Part shown: positions 25,218 through 33,923 of the stretch, piece by piece
How the letters are laid out: each line of letters opens with the position of its first letter
Numbering within the stretch: the first letter of the stretch is position 1
NCBI GenBank assembly: GCA_043826475.1
Contig: JBDRQG010000231.1
Span: forward strand, 1 to 39,702
DNA from: a bacterium
Lineage (GTDB): Bacteria; Zixibacteria; MSB-5A5; GN15; FEB-12
DNA: 39,702 nt
Direction: 5' to 3'
The notes under the pieces: model-generated
Databases searched by the model: none
Seen by the model: only the letters and a program-made list of their open reading frames with translations
What the model was told of the DNA's origin: nothing
Made by a program: the position numbers and the translations under genes

Positions 25218-26963
25218 ATGGACAAAAAGAGAATCTTTATTATTGATGATGATATTGATTTCGTAAAAGCAATCAAGACTATACTGGAAAAGAATTCTTT
25301 TGAATGTGTTTGCGCATATTCGGCAAAAGAGGGTCTTGAAAAAGTCAAGGAAGTTAAGCCTGACTTAATTGTACTGGATGTTATGATGGAAAGTACTACA
25401 GCTGGTTTGGGAGTCGTTAATAAACTAAGAAATCCGGACCGGGATTCGCCATATTTTGAGTGTTCCAAGATTCCGATATTAATAGTAACAAGTATTCAGA
25501 AGATAATGGAAACAAATTTTAAGGAAATTGCCGGCACACAACTTTTGCCCGTAGATGACTTTCTTGAAAAGCCGGTTCCGGCTGAAGTGCTTATATCCAA
25601 AGTAAAATTTCTAACTAAGACAATATCGCTTGAAGAGCTTCTTGCCAAGGCCAGGAAACCGGGTGAGGATGCTATGGAGTTGCATCCTTATTATCATGGT
25701 AAGATTTCAGTTGTACCTAAATGCTGTATCAGGGATTTCAATGATTTTGCAATCTGGTATACCCCCGGAGTTGCTGAACCTTGCCGTGATATTAACAAGA
25801 ATCCGCAAAAAGTTTATGAGCATACAAGTAAGGGTAATCTTGTTGCAGTTGTATCTGATGGAACAAGAGTTTTAGGACTTGGCGATATAGGTCCCGAAGC
25901 TAGTCTGCCCGTTATGGAGGGAAAGGCAATCCTTTTTAAATATTTAGGTGGTGTTGATGCGTTTCCTATCTGCCTCGACACAAAAGATCCGGAGAAGCTA
26001 ATAGAAACTACACTTTTGCTCCAACCTTCATTCGGTGGAATAAACCTGGAGGATATAGCTCAGCCAAAATGCTTTTACATACTTGACGAACTTAGAAAAA
26101 AGGCAAGGATACCGGTATGGCATGATGACCAGCAGGGGACCGCTGCGATAACCCTGGCAGGTCTTATTAATGCTGTAAAATTTGTCGGGAAAAAATTGAA
26201 TAATGTAAAAATAGCAATGGTTGGGGCAGGTGCAGCTAACACAGCCTGTTTAAGAGTGATGATTGCCGCCGGAATTCCTGCGGAAAATGTAATAATGTGT
26301 GATATAAACGGTACTCTTCATTCTGAAAGAACGGATTTTAAAGAGACGGATCCCAGGTATGAGTTCTGTAGAATAACAAACATAGAAAAAAGAAGAGGCG
26401 GTATTTCAGAAACAATGAAGGGTGCGGATGTCTGTATTGCTTTGTCGAAATCCGGACCAGGTACAATAAAACCGGAGTGGGTTAAGAGCATGGCAAACGA
26501 TGCAATAGTTTTTGCATGTGCTAATCCTGTTCCAGAGATATGGCCCTGGGAAGCAAAAGAAGCTGGTGCAAAAATAGTTGCGACCGGAAGATCGGATTTT
26601 CCTAATCAGGTCAATAATTCTCTGGGATTTCCTGGAATATTCAGGGGAGCTCTTGATGTAATGGCAAAAACAATAACAGATGAGATGTGTATAGCGGCAG
26701 CTTACGAGCTCGCAAAATGTGCTGAAGATAAAGGTTTTTCAGAAGAGTACATAATCCCCAGTATGGATGAATGGGAAGTTTATCCAAGAGAAGCGGCTGC
26801 TGTGGGAATGAAAGCAATCGAACAAGGTGTTGCCAGAATAATTATGTCAAGAGAGGAATTGTATAAGAAAGCGGAAATCATGATAAAACTTGCCCGGGAA
26901 GAAACTGAGTCATTAATGAAAGGTGGTTTTATAAAAATGCCTAAAAAACAGGAGACGGAATGA
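25218..26963 (+). CDS. Fusion of an N-terminal receiver domain to an NAD(P)-dependent malic enzyme
   Basis: 581 aa. Residues 1-~130 are REC (IIDDD, VLD54VMM, IVTS, LEKP). From ~155 onward, malic enzyme motifs: WYTPGV, VSDGTRVLGLGDIG, MEGKA, NLEDI, WHDDQQGTA, GAGAA, ANPVPEI. AGGAGGG RBS. Confidence 0.85.
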   Translation: MDKKRIFIIDDDIDFVKAIKTILEKNSFECVCAYSAKEGLEKVKEVKPDLIVLDVMMESTTAGLGVVNKLRNPDRDSPYFECSKIPILIVTSIQKIMETNFKEIAGTQLLPVDDFLEKPVPAEVLISKVKFLTKTISLEELLAKARKPGEDAMELHPYYHGKISVVPKCCIRDFNDFAIWYTPGVAEPCRDINKNPQKVYEHTSKGNLVAVVSDGTRVLGLGDIGPEASLPVMEGKAILFKYLGGVDAFPICLDTKDPEKLIETTLLLQPSFGGINLEDIAQPKCFYILDELRKKARIPVWHDDQQGTAAITLAGLINAVKFVGKKLNNVKIAMVGAGAANTACLRVMIAAGIPAENVIMCDINGTLHSERTDFKETDPRYEFCRITNIEKRRGGISETMKGADVCIALSKSGPGTIKPEWVKSMANDAIVFACANPVPEIWPWEAKEAGAKIVATGRSDFPNQVNNSLGFPGIFRGALDVMAKTITDEMCIAAAYELAKCAEDKGFSEEYIIPSMDEWEVYPREAAAVGMKAIEQGVARIIMSREELYKKAEIMIKLAREETESLMKGGFIKMPKKQETE

Positions 26964-28297
26964 TTATATTATGCCTTAATTGCGGAAGCTCATCTGTGAA
27001 ATATAGGTTATATGACTGGAACAAAAAGGAAACTATTGCTACTGGAATTGTTGAAAGAGTAACAAGTAAGGGCAGCTTTTGCATACAGGAAGTTTCTGGA
27101 CGGGATAATGTTAGGGTCGAAAGCGAATGTCCAACACATAGCGAGGCGATAAAACTCATTATTGAAATGCTTACATCTCCAAAAGAGGGTGTAATCAAGG
27201 ACCTTGTGGGAATATCCGCAGTTGGACATCGTGTTGTTCATGGTGGTGAGAGGTTTGCTAAATCTGTTATTATAACCGATGAAGTCGTTGAGGAATTTAA
27301 GAAGTTAGCGGATTTGGCTCCACTTCATAATCCACCAAATATACTTGGTATAGAAGCAGCAAAAGAGTTGTTACCTAATGTTCCACATATGGCAATTATG
27401 GATACAGCATGGCACCAAACAATGCCTAAATATGTATTTACGTACGCTCTGCCTTATGAATGGTATGAGAAATATAAAATAAGAAGATACGGATTTCACG
27501 GTACATCACTTTTGTATGTTTCAAGAAGAGCATCGGTTCTCCTGGGAAAAGATCCTTTTGAATGTAATCTTATCATATGTCACATTGGGAATGGTGTGTC
27601 TTTGAATGCAGTTAAAAATGGGATATCTTTTGATACAAGTATGGGATTTACACCTTTAGAAGGATTGGTGATGGGGACGAGAGCTGGAGACCATGATGCA
27701 GCTATTGATTTCTATATAATGAATAAGGAGAGCTATTCAGCCAATGAGATGAATTCAATACTTAATAAAAAGTCCGGTATCCTGGGTATAACAGGTGAAT
27801 ATAGTGATAGACGTGAAGTAATCGAGGCAGCCGAGAGAGGCGATGAGAGAGCTAAACTTGCACTTGATATTGAGACATACAGAATTAGGAAATATATTGG
27901 TGCCTACGCAGCGGCAATAGGTGGTGTTGATGCTATCGTCTTTACAGCAGGAGCTGGTGAGATGTGCGATATTATAAGGGCAAGGGCTCTGGATGGTTTG
28001 GATTTTATGGGAATCAAATATGATAAAAACAAAAATAAGATTGCAAAGACAAGAAATGCAGAATGTGATATCAGCGCTGAGGATTCCAAGGTAAAGATTT
28101 ATGTAATTCCAACAGATGAAGAAAGAGTCTTTATAGAAGATGTTGTAGCTCTTTACGAAAAATCGAGGGGTAATAAGGTAAGATATACTTACAGATTCCA
28201 ATCGCCGTATTACAGAAATTCACTTCGTGATAGTGAATTTGAGAATGAGTGTGAAAAGAACCCAGAACTTCATAAAGTAGTAGCTAAAGTAAATTAG
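26960..28297 (+). CDS. ackA: Acetate kinase with a ~45-aa C-terminal extension
   Basis: 445 aa. ATGA overlap with the REC-malic enzyme gene. LNCGSSSVKY, VGHRVVHGG, RRYGFHGTS, HIGNGVS, VFTAGAGE, VIPTDEE. Confidence 0.9.
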   Translation: MIILCLNCGSSSVKYRLYDWNKKETIATGIVERVTSKGSFCIQEVSGRDNVRVESECPTHSEAIKLIIEMLTSPKEGVIKDLVGISAVGHRVVHGGERFAKSVIITDEVVEEFKKLADLAPLHNPPNILGIEAAKELLPNVPHMAIMDTAWHQTMPKYVFTYALPYEWYEKYKIRRYGFHGTSLLYVSRRASVLLGKDPFECNLIICHIGNGVSLNAVKNGISFDTSMGFTPLEGLVMGTRAGDHDAAIDFYIMNKESYSANEMNSILNKKSGILGITGEYSDRREVIEAAERGDERAKLALDIETYRIRKYIGAYAAAIGGVDAIVFTAGAGEMCDIIRARALDGLDFMGIKYDKNKNKIAKTRNAECDISAEDSKVKIYVIPTDEERVFIEDVVALYEKSRGNKVRYTYRFQSPYYRNSLRDSEFENECEKNPELHKVVAKVN

Positions 28298-28393
28298 GTA
28301 ATTAATTTTTGATTGATTTCAAAATCACAATAAATCTTTAATAATTGTTGATAATAAATAGTATTTTAGGATAAGATAGGGAAATAGCTTTCA

Positions 28394-28449
28394 GAAGACT
28401 CAACCTAAGAAAATTTCTCTTATAACATGATATTTTAGGTTTGGTCTTC
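28394..28449. repeat. Imperfect 15-bp inverted repeat (GAAGACTCAACCTAA / TTAGGTTTGGTCTTC) with a 26-nt spacer
   Basis: Read directly; 13 of 15 positions are complementary. Located in the 481-bp ackA-larA spacer upstream of the IS30 stub. Confidence 0.5.
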
Positions 28450-28680
28450 CAGAAGTGGTTGCTTTTCTTAAAAAAATTCAGGGGAATGTTATATTTCATC
28501 AGCCATTTTGTTGATTTTTTTGGTACAGTTACAGATTTAAAATTTCTTTTATAATTGGATAAATTAATTTAAAATATTATGTGAATTTAACGATTAAGTG
28601 CAACTCAGGAATAATTTGGAACTGCAGCCAAACTTCTGTATCATTTTTACTGCTTTTTCCGCAAAACATGAGGTGCACAA

Positions 28681-28770
28681 ATGGATTCATACAAGCAGCT
28701 AACTCTGGAACAAAGATATGGAATTTATTCGTTGTTTAAAACAGGGCATAATCAGACGGATATTGAGTAG
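28681..28770 (+). pseudogene. IS30-family transposase N-terminal stub (29 codons then TAG)
   Basis: MDSYKQLTLEQRYGIYSLFKTGHNQTDIE* matches the conserved IS30-family N-terminal HTH start (..YKxLTLEERYxIxxLxKxGxSQxxIA..). No catalytic DDE region follows in any frame; the larA-like ATG is 8 nt downstream. Confidence 0.6.
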
Positions 28771-28778
28771 AAATCCAA

Positions 28779-30032
28779 ATGGTAGTTAAAGTTCCTTATG
28801 GAAAAGATGAAATAATAGATATAAATATAGATGATAAATTTGTTTCTGAAATTGTAAATCCTAATAAAGTCCCGGTTGGAAATGAGAAGAAAACGATTCA
28901 GAATGCTGTATCAAATCCTATCAATTCAAAAAATTTCCATGATTTTCTAAGAGATTCCAAAGATGTTCTGTTTATCGTAAATGATGCAACACGTCCTACT
29001 CCTACAGCAAAAGTATTAGATATTATCTATGATGATATTAAGGATTATAACATAAAATTTATTGTTGCGACAGGAATTCATCGAGCTCCGACTGAAGATG
29101 AGTATGTTCAAATTTTCGGGAAGCAATATCAGGAATTCAAAGATATAATCTATGCTCACGATTCAAAAAAAGAAGAAGATATGGTATATCTCGGAACGTC
29201 GAAAAATGGAACCGAGATGCTTGTGAATAAAATAGGTGTCGATGCGGATAAGATTGTCATCATCGGATCCGTTGAACCGCACTATTTTGCTGGATATACA
29301 GGTGGGCGGAAGTCATTTTTACCCGGTATTGCTTCATATAAAACGATTGAACAGAATCATAAACTAGCTCTAAGTCCAAAAGCTAAAAGCCTTGCATTAG
29401 AGGGCAATCCTGTCCATGAGGATATGATCGATGCTTTGAAGACGGTCAAGAAAGATATTTTTGCAATAATGACAATCCTCGATATGGATCATAACATTTA
29501 TTCAGCAACATCTGGAAATATTAATGATTCATTCACCGCAGCAATTGAAAAAGCGAATGATGTTTTTGTAGTAAAAATAAAAGAAAAAGTGGATATTGTT
29601 GTTTCTATCGCCAAATTTCCTATGGACATAGATTTATACCAATCTCAAAAAGCCATTGACAATGCAAAATTGGCGTTAAAGAAAGATGGAATTCTAATAC
29701 TTGTTTCAAAATGTCGACATGGTATTGGTCACGAGACATTTGTTAATCTTATGAGTTCTTGTGGTTCCCCGAAGGAAGTCTTTGAGAAGATAGAGAAAGA
29801 GTATGTAGTCGGTTACCATAAGGCGGCCAAGATGGCTGAAATCGGACTGTGGGCACAGATGTGGGGCATTACAGATCTCCCGCATGATGTCTTACAGAAA
29901 GTTTTTATCAAACCTTTTAATTCTCTTCAGGTTGCCATAGATAGTGCCTTAGAACTTAAAGGTGAAAATGCCCAAATTTTATTTATGATGGATGGAAGCG
30001 TAACCGTTCCTATGCTTTCTGATTACCAATAA
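28779..30032 (+). CDS. larA: LarA-family nickel-pincer-cofactor-dependent 2-hydroxyacid racemase/epimerase homologue
   Basis: 417 aa. [43 protein letters not shown] align with LarA [43 protein letters not shown]. Both catalytic His, the cofactor-tethering Lys and the Ni-ligand His are retained. Confidence 0.85.
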   Translation: [417 protein letters not shown]

Positions 30033-30101
30033 ATAATTAAATACCATTTGTAATTTCAATTGTGATGAAATTTTTTTAATTAAAAAGGAAGAAAATAAAA
30101 T

Positions 30102-31829
30102 ATGTCAAGTTTACCAAGTGATAAGTATTACAAAGATTTAACTGAAATGTCTCCACTTCGGGCAATTGCTGAAACAGTACTTTTAAATCCAAAAGTGCGA
30201 AAGATAAACATTGCTGAAGCTTATGAATTGGCAAAAAATCAACCTGGGGTATCAGAAACAGACTTAGAGATTTACTCTAAAACCGCGGCCCTTTTTGGAC
30301 TGCCAAAAGGAGCAAAGGTCCTAAATGATTGTCATGGTAAAATTATTGGTAGAACTGCAAAAGCGAGGAGATTTTATAATCGAATTCCTGTAGCAGAAAA
30401 GAAAAAGGTTGAAGGTGATATTAGAGAAGCAATATATCAGCTTGAGTATTATGACCTTATAAAAGCAGAAGCAGTGATAGGTTTGGACCCTGATTTAATG
30501 ATAAAGGCGACTTTTGTTACATCAACATCTGACGCAAGCAATGTGTTTAACTGGTTGTCAAATTTTAATCCACTTGAATTATCGGAAAAGTATAAAAATA
30601 GTAAATCCTTGCCGATTCAGGATATAATAATTGTAGCATTTAATGATTGGACATGTGATGACCCCTATTATCATAATGTTGGTGCGCCACAACTTGCCCT
30701 GGTTGACGAGAAGCATAATGTGATTTTTAATTTGGGAATGCGCTATTTTGGTGAACGTAAAAAAGGAACACTTACTCTTGCTTGGACATCCGGAATGCGA
30801 TTGGGAATGGCTGCCTGTCATGGCGGTATAAAAGAGATTGATTTTAGACTATGTGATGAAAAAAAGTATAGAGAATTAGGGAAGAAATCTATTGCAATTT
30901 TCGGACTTTCGGGAACTGGGAAATCTTCTCATACAAATTCACATGATAATGGAGGTACATTACCTGCAGGCTTCAAAAAAGCGACTCTTCATGATGACGC
31001 ATTTCAGATTGACACTAAGGATAAAGTCTGTCGGGTATGGGAACCGGCACTTTTTGATAAAACAGATAGTAGAGACTCAAATCATCCCGATTGGGAATAC
31101 TGTCTAGCGGTAATGAATCATGCTTTGACAAAAAATGATGGAAAATTAGTTCCTCTAGGGCGAGATATTCGCCAGGCAAATGGGCGAGCATTATTCGATC
31201 GCGACCTTCTAGGTAAATGGGTGGATAGGTGTAGTTTTCCTAAGGCGTTAGTCTGGCTCATGAAAGATTCAATTTTACCGCCTGTACTAAAATATAAAGA
31301 TAAATATCTTGCTGTTGCGATGGGAGCGGCATTAATAACAAAAAGAAGCAGAGCCGAAAATGTAACAGAGGAAGAATTAACAAAATTAGTTTTTGAACCA
31401 TTTGCAAATCCTTTTAGAGTTTATGAACTTTATAAAGATGTCGAGGCATTTCTAAAAGTGTTAGAAACAGGTGCAGATTGTTACACTTTCAATTCATCAG
31501 GATACTGGAAATCCTCTGATGAGCAATTGGAAAATATTGAACTCCAGACTTCGCTTACAATTCACACTGGTATTTTGATGGACCAAATTGAGTGGGAAGA
31601 TTGGAAATTATTACCTGGAGCGATGATTCCTACAAAAGAATCTATCGATAAGTTACTTCCAGGTTATTATGAAAAATATAATCCATATAAGCGCACCAAT
31701 CCAGAAGGATATAGAGCATTAATAAAAGATCGTTTTGAGCAACGCTGTGAGTTTTTGAAGTCATCGGATATATTATCGAAACCAGCACTGCTTGGGAAAT
31801 TAGTATATGCTTTACAAGTTGTTGAATGA
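30102..31829 (+). CDS. Divergent member of the ATP-dependent PEP carboxykinase family
   Basis: 575 aa. GRTAKARRF (vs GRSPKDKY), GMRYFGERKKG (vs GTWYGGEMKKG), IFGLSGTGKSS (vs FFGLSGTGKTT), HDDAF (vs GDDEH), FNSSGYW (vs VNTGWNG). E. coli PckA motifs are recalled from memory. Confidence 0.6.
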   Translation: MSSLPSDKYYKDLTEMSPLRAIAETVLLNPKVRKINIAEAYELAKNQPGVSETDLEIYSKTAALFGLPKGAKVLNDCHGKIIGRTAKARRFYNRIPVAEKKKVEGDIREAIYQLEYYDLIKAEAVIGLDPDLMIKATFVTSTSDASNVFNWLSNFNPLELSEKYKNSKSLPIQDIIIVAFNDWTCDDPYYHNVGAPQLALVDEKHNVIFNLGMRYFGERKKGTLTLAWTSGMRLGMAACHGGIKEIDFRLCDEKKYRELGKKSIAIFGLSGTGKSSHTNSHDNGGTLPAGFKKATLHDDAFQIDTKDKVCRVWEPALFDKTDSRDSNHPDWEYCLAVMNHALTKNDGKLVPLGRDIRQANGRALFDRDLLGKWVDRCSFPKALVWLMKDSILPPVLKYKDKYLAVAMGAALITKRSRAENVTEEELTKLVFEPFANPFRVYELYKDVEAFLKVLETGADCYTFNSSGYWKSSDEQLENIELQTSLTIHTGILMDQIEWEDWKLLPGAMIPTKESIDKLLPGYYEKYNPYKRTNPEGYRALIKDRFEQRCEFLKSSDILSKPALLGKLVYALQVVE

Positions 31830-31913
31830 ATTTGGAGTAGCAATATTTGTCCCTAATTAAGAAGGTTTGGATAAGTTGTTGAGATTATATATTAATATGA
31901 AGGAACGGTAAAT

Positions 31914-33851
31914 ATGGGCCAGAATATTGTCCGGAAGGTGATAGCAAATCACCTTGTCAGCGGTGAAATGGAATATGGTGAGATTGTCGCGGTAAAAATT
32001 GACCAGACATTGACACAGGATGCCACCGGTACAATGACCTATTTAGAATTTGAGGCGATGGGAATTTCCAAAATAAAAACAGAACTTTCTGTGAGCTATG
32101 TTGATCACAATACTGGCCAAATGGGTTTTGAAAATGCCGACGACCACAAATATTTACAAACGATTGCAGAAAAATATGAAATTTATTATTCCAGAGCAGG
32201 CAACGGTATTTGTCATCAGGTTCACTTGGAAAGGTTTGGGCTTCCGGGAAAAACATTACTCGGTTCCGATAGTCATACACCTACCGGCGGAGGAATTGGA
32301 ATGCTTGCGATTGGAGCAGGTGGATTGGATGTCGCTTGTGCTTTAGCGGGACTACCTTTTTACATTACCTATCCCAAAGTTTTGAAAATTAACCTTACCA
32401 AAAAACTATCAAAATGGATAACTGCCAAAGATATTATCCTTTATGTCCTTGAACTATTAACAACAAAAGGAAATGTAGCTTGGGTTGTGGAATATGGCGG
32501 TCCGGGAGTTAAAACTCTTAGTGTTCCTGAAAGAGCTACAATTACTAATATGGGAGCAGAGTTAGGTGTTACATCTTCAATATTTCCTAGTGATGAAATA
32601 ACCTATTCTTTTCTAAAAGCTCAGGAACGAGAGGGTGGATGGATAGAACTGAAAGCGGATCCTGACGCTGAATATGACAGAATTATCGATATAGATTTAA
32701 GCACTCTCGAACCAAGACTTGCAACACCTCATAGTCCCGGGAATATTAGTTTAGTAAAAGATTTAAAAGGAAAAAAAGTCGAGCAGGTATGCCTGGGTAG
32801 TTGCACGAATTCTTCTTTCAAAGATTTAATGACTGTTACCGGAATGGTTAAAGGCAGGAAATTACCTCCGAATATCAGCTTTGCGGTAGCACCCGGCTCC
32901 AAACAGGTTTTACGGATGATGACTGAAAATGGTGCATTGACCGATTTAGTCGATTTTGGTGCTCGAATTATGGAATCTGCCTGCGGATTTTGTATTGGTA
33001 ATGGTTTTGCGCCTTCTACAAATGCCATTTCGATTCGAACAAACAATCGTAATTTTAAGGGACGCTCAGGAACAATTTCTGCGAATGTTTATCTTGCAAG
33101 CCCGGAAACAGCCGCCGCTTGTGCAATAACCGGAATTATTACGGATCCAAGAGAATTAGGGCAAGAGCCGCCAGAAATTCCAAAAATTGAAAGATTTTTT
33201 ATTGATGACAGTATGATTATTCCTCCGAAAATAACTGATAAAAAAGTAGAAATTTATCGAGGTCCGAATATTGGTAATCCTCCTAAAGGAGAACCACTTG
33301 TGCAAAATATAAATGGCGAAGTAATGCTTAAAGTCGGTGATATAATTACGACTGACCATATAATGCCGGCGGGCGTACGCTTGAAATATCGCTCAAATAT
33401 TCCCAAATATTCTGAATTTGTATTTGAACCGGTTGATCCCACATTCCCGGAACGTTGTTTGAAAAATAAAAAAGTTCAGAAGGCAAACATAATTGTAGCG
33501 GGTCTGAGTTATGGGCAGGGATCATCACGAGAACATGCGGCAATTTGTCCTGCATATCTAGGGGTAAAAGTGGTAATTGCAAAATCTATTGAAAGAATTC
33601 ATTACTCTAATCTAATTAACTTTGGGATTTTGCCATTAGAATTTACGAATGAAGATGATTATGAAAATCTAGAACAAAAAGATATATTAGAATTAGAAAA
33701 TATAATTAATTCTTTGGAAGCGAATGAACCAATTACTGTTAATAATAAGACAAAAGGTCAGAAAATTCAGTTAAGATACACATTATCTAAAAGAGATATT
33801 GAAATTATCAGTTTAGGTGGTTTATTATCTTACATTAAGAAAAATAGATAA
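31914..33851 (+). CDS. Aconitate hydratase (single-chain ~645-aa type with a C-terminal swivel domain)
   Basis: 645 aa. IDQTLTQDATG, GSDSHT, CLGSCTNSS, ESACGFCIGNG (4Fe-4S Cys ligands), RTNNRNFKGR, SYGQGSSREHAA. Confidence 0.85.
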   Translation: MGQNIVRKVIANHLVSGEMEYGEIVAVKIDQTLTQDATGTMTYLEFEAMGISKIKTELSVSYVDHNTGQMGFENADDHKYLQTIAEKYEIYYSRAGNGICHQVHLERFGLPGKTLLGSDSHTPTGGGIGMLAIGAGGLDVACALAGLPFYITYPKVLKINLTKKLSKWITAKDIILYVLELLTTKGNVAWVVEYGGPGVKTLSVPERATITNMGAELGVTSSIFPSDEITYSFLKAQEREGGWIELKADPDAEYDRIIDIDLSTLEPRLATPHSPGNISLVKDLKGKKVEQVCLGSCTNSSFKDLMTVTGMVKGRKLPPNISFAVAPGSKQVLRMMTENGALTDLVDFGARIMESACGFCIGNGFAPSTNAISIRTNNRNFKGRSGTISANVYLASPETAAACAITGIITDPRELGQEPPEIPKIERFFIDDSMIIPPKITDKKVEIYRGPNIGNPPKGEPLVQNINGEVMLKVGDIITTDHIMPAGVRLKYRSNIPKYSEFVFEPVDPTFPERCLKNKKVQKANIIVAGLSYGQGSSREHAAICPAYLGVKVVIAKSIERIHYSNLINFGILPLEFTNEDDYENLEQKDILELENIINSLEANEPITVNNKTKGQKIQLRYTLSKRDIEIISLGGLLSYIKKNR

Positions 33852-33923
33852 AATATTATGGAATATTTCTAAAATTAAAAATTACAGTGATTTATTAAAG
33901 TATTACTTAAGAAAGGAAGAATT

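Noticed and set aside
27755-28201. 148-aa antisense ORF inside ackA. The same applies to all other minus-strand or alternative-frame ORFs in the track (e.g. 16122-16484, 25139-25468, 31957-32280, 1291-1599, 12459-12764).
   Set aside because: Each lies entirely within a strongly supported + strand gene, has a low-complexity or Cys/Ser/Phe-rich composition, and shows no motif. They are typical shadow ORFs of AT-rich DNA.
31868-31883. TGGATAAGTTGTTGAG upstream of the aconitase gene, considered as a fourth sigma-54-like site
   Set aside because: The -24 half lacks the CA of TGGCA and the -12 half lacks the C. With both halves degenerate it is indistinguishable from chance in AT-rich DNA.
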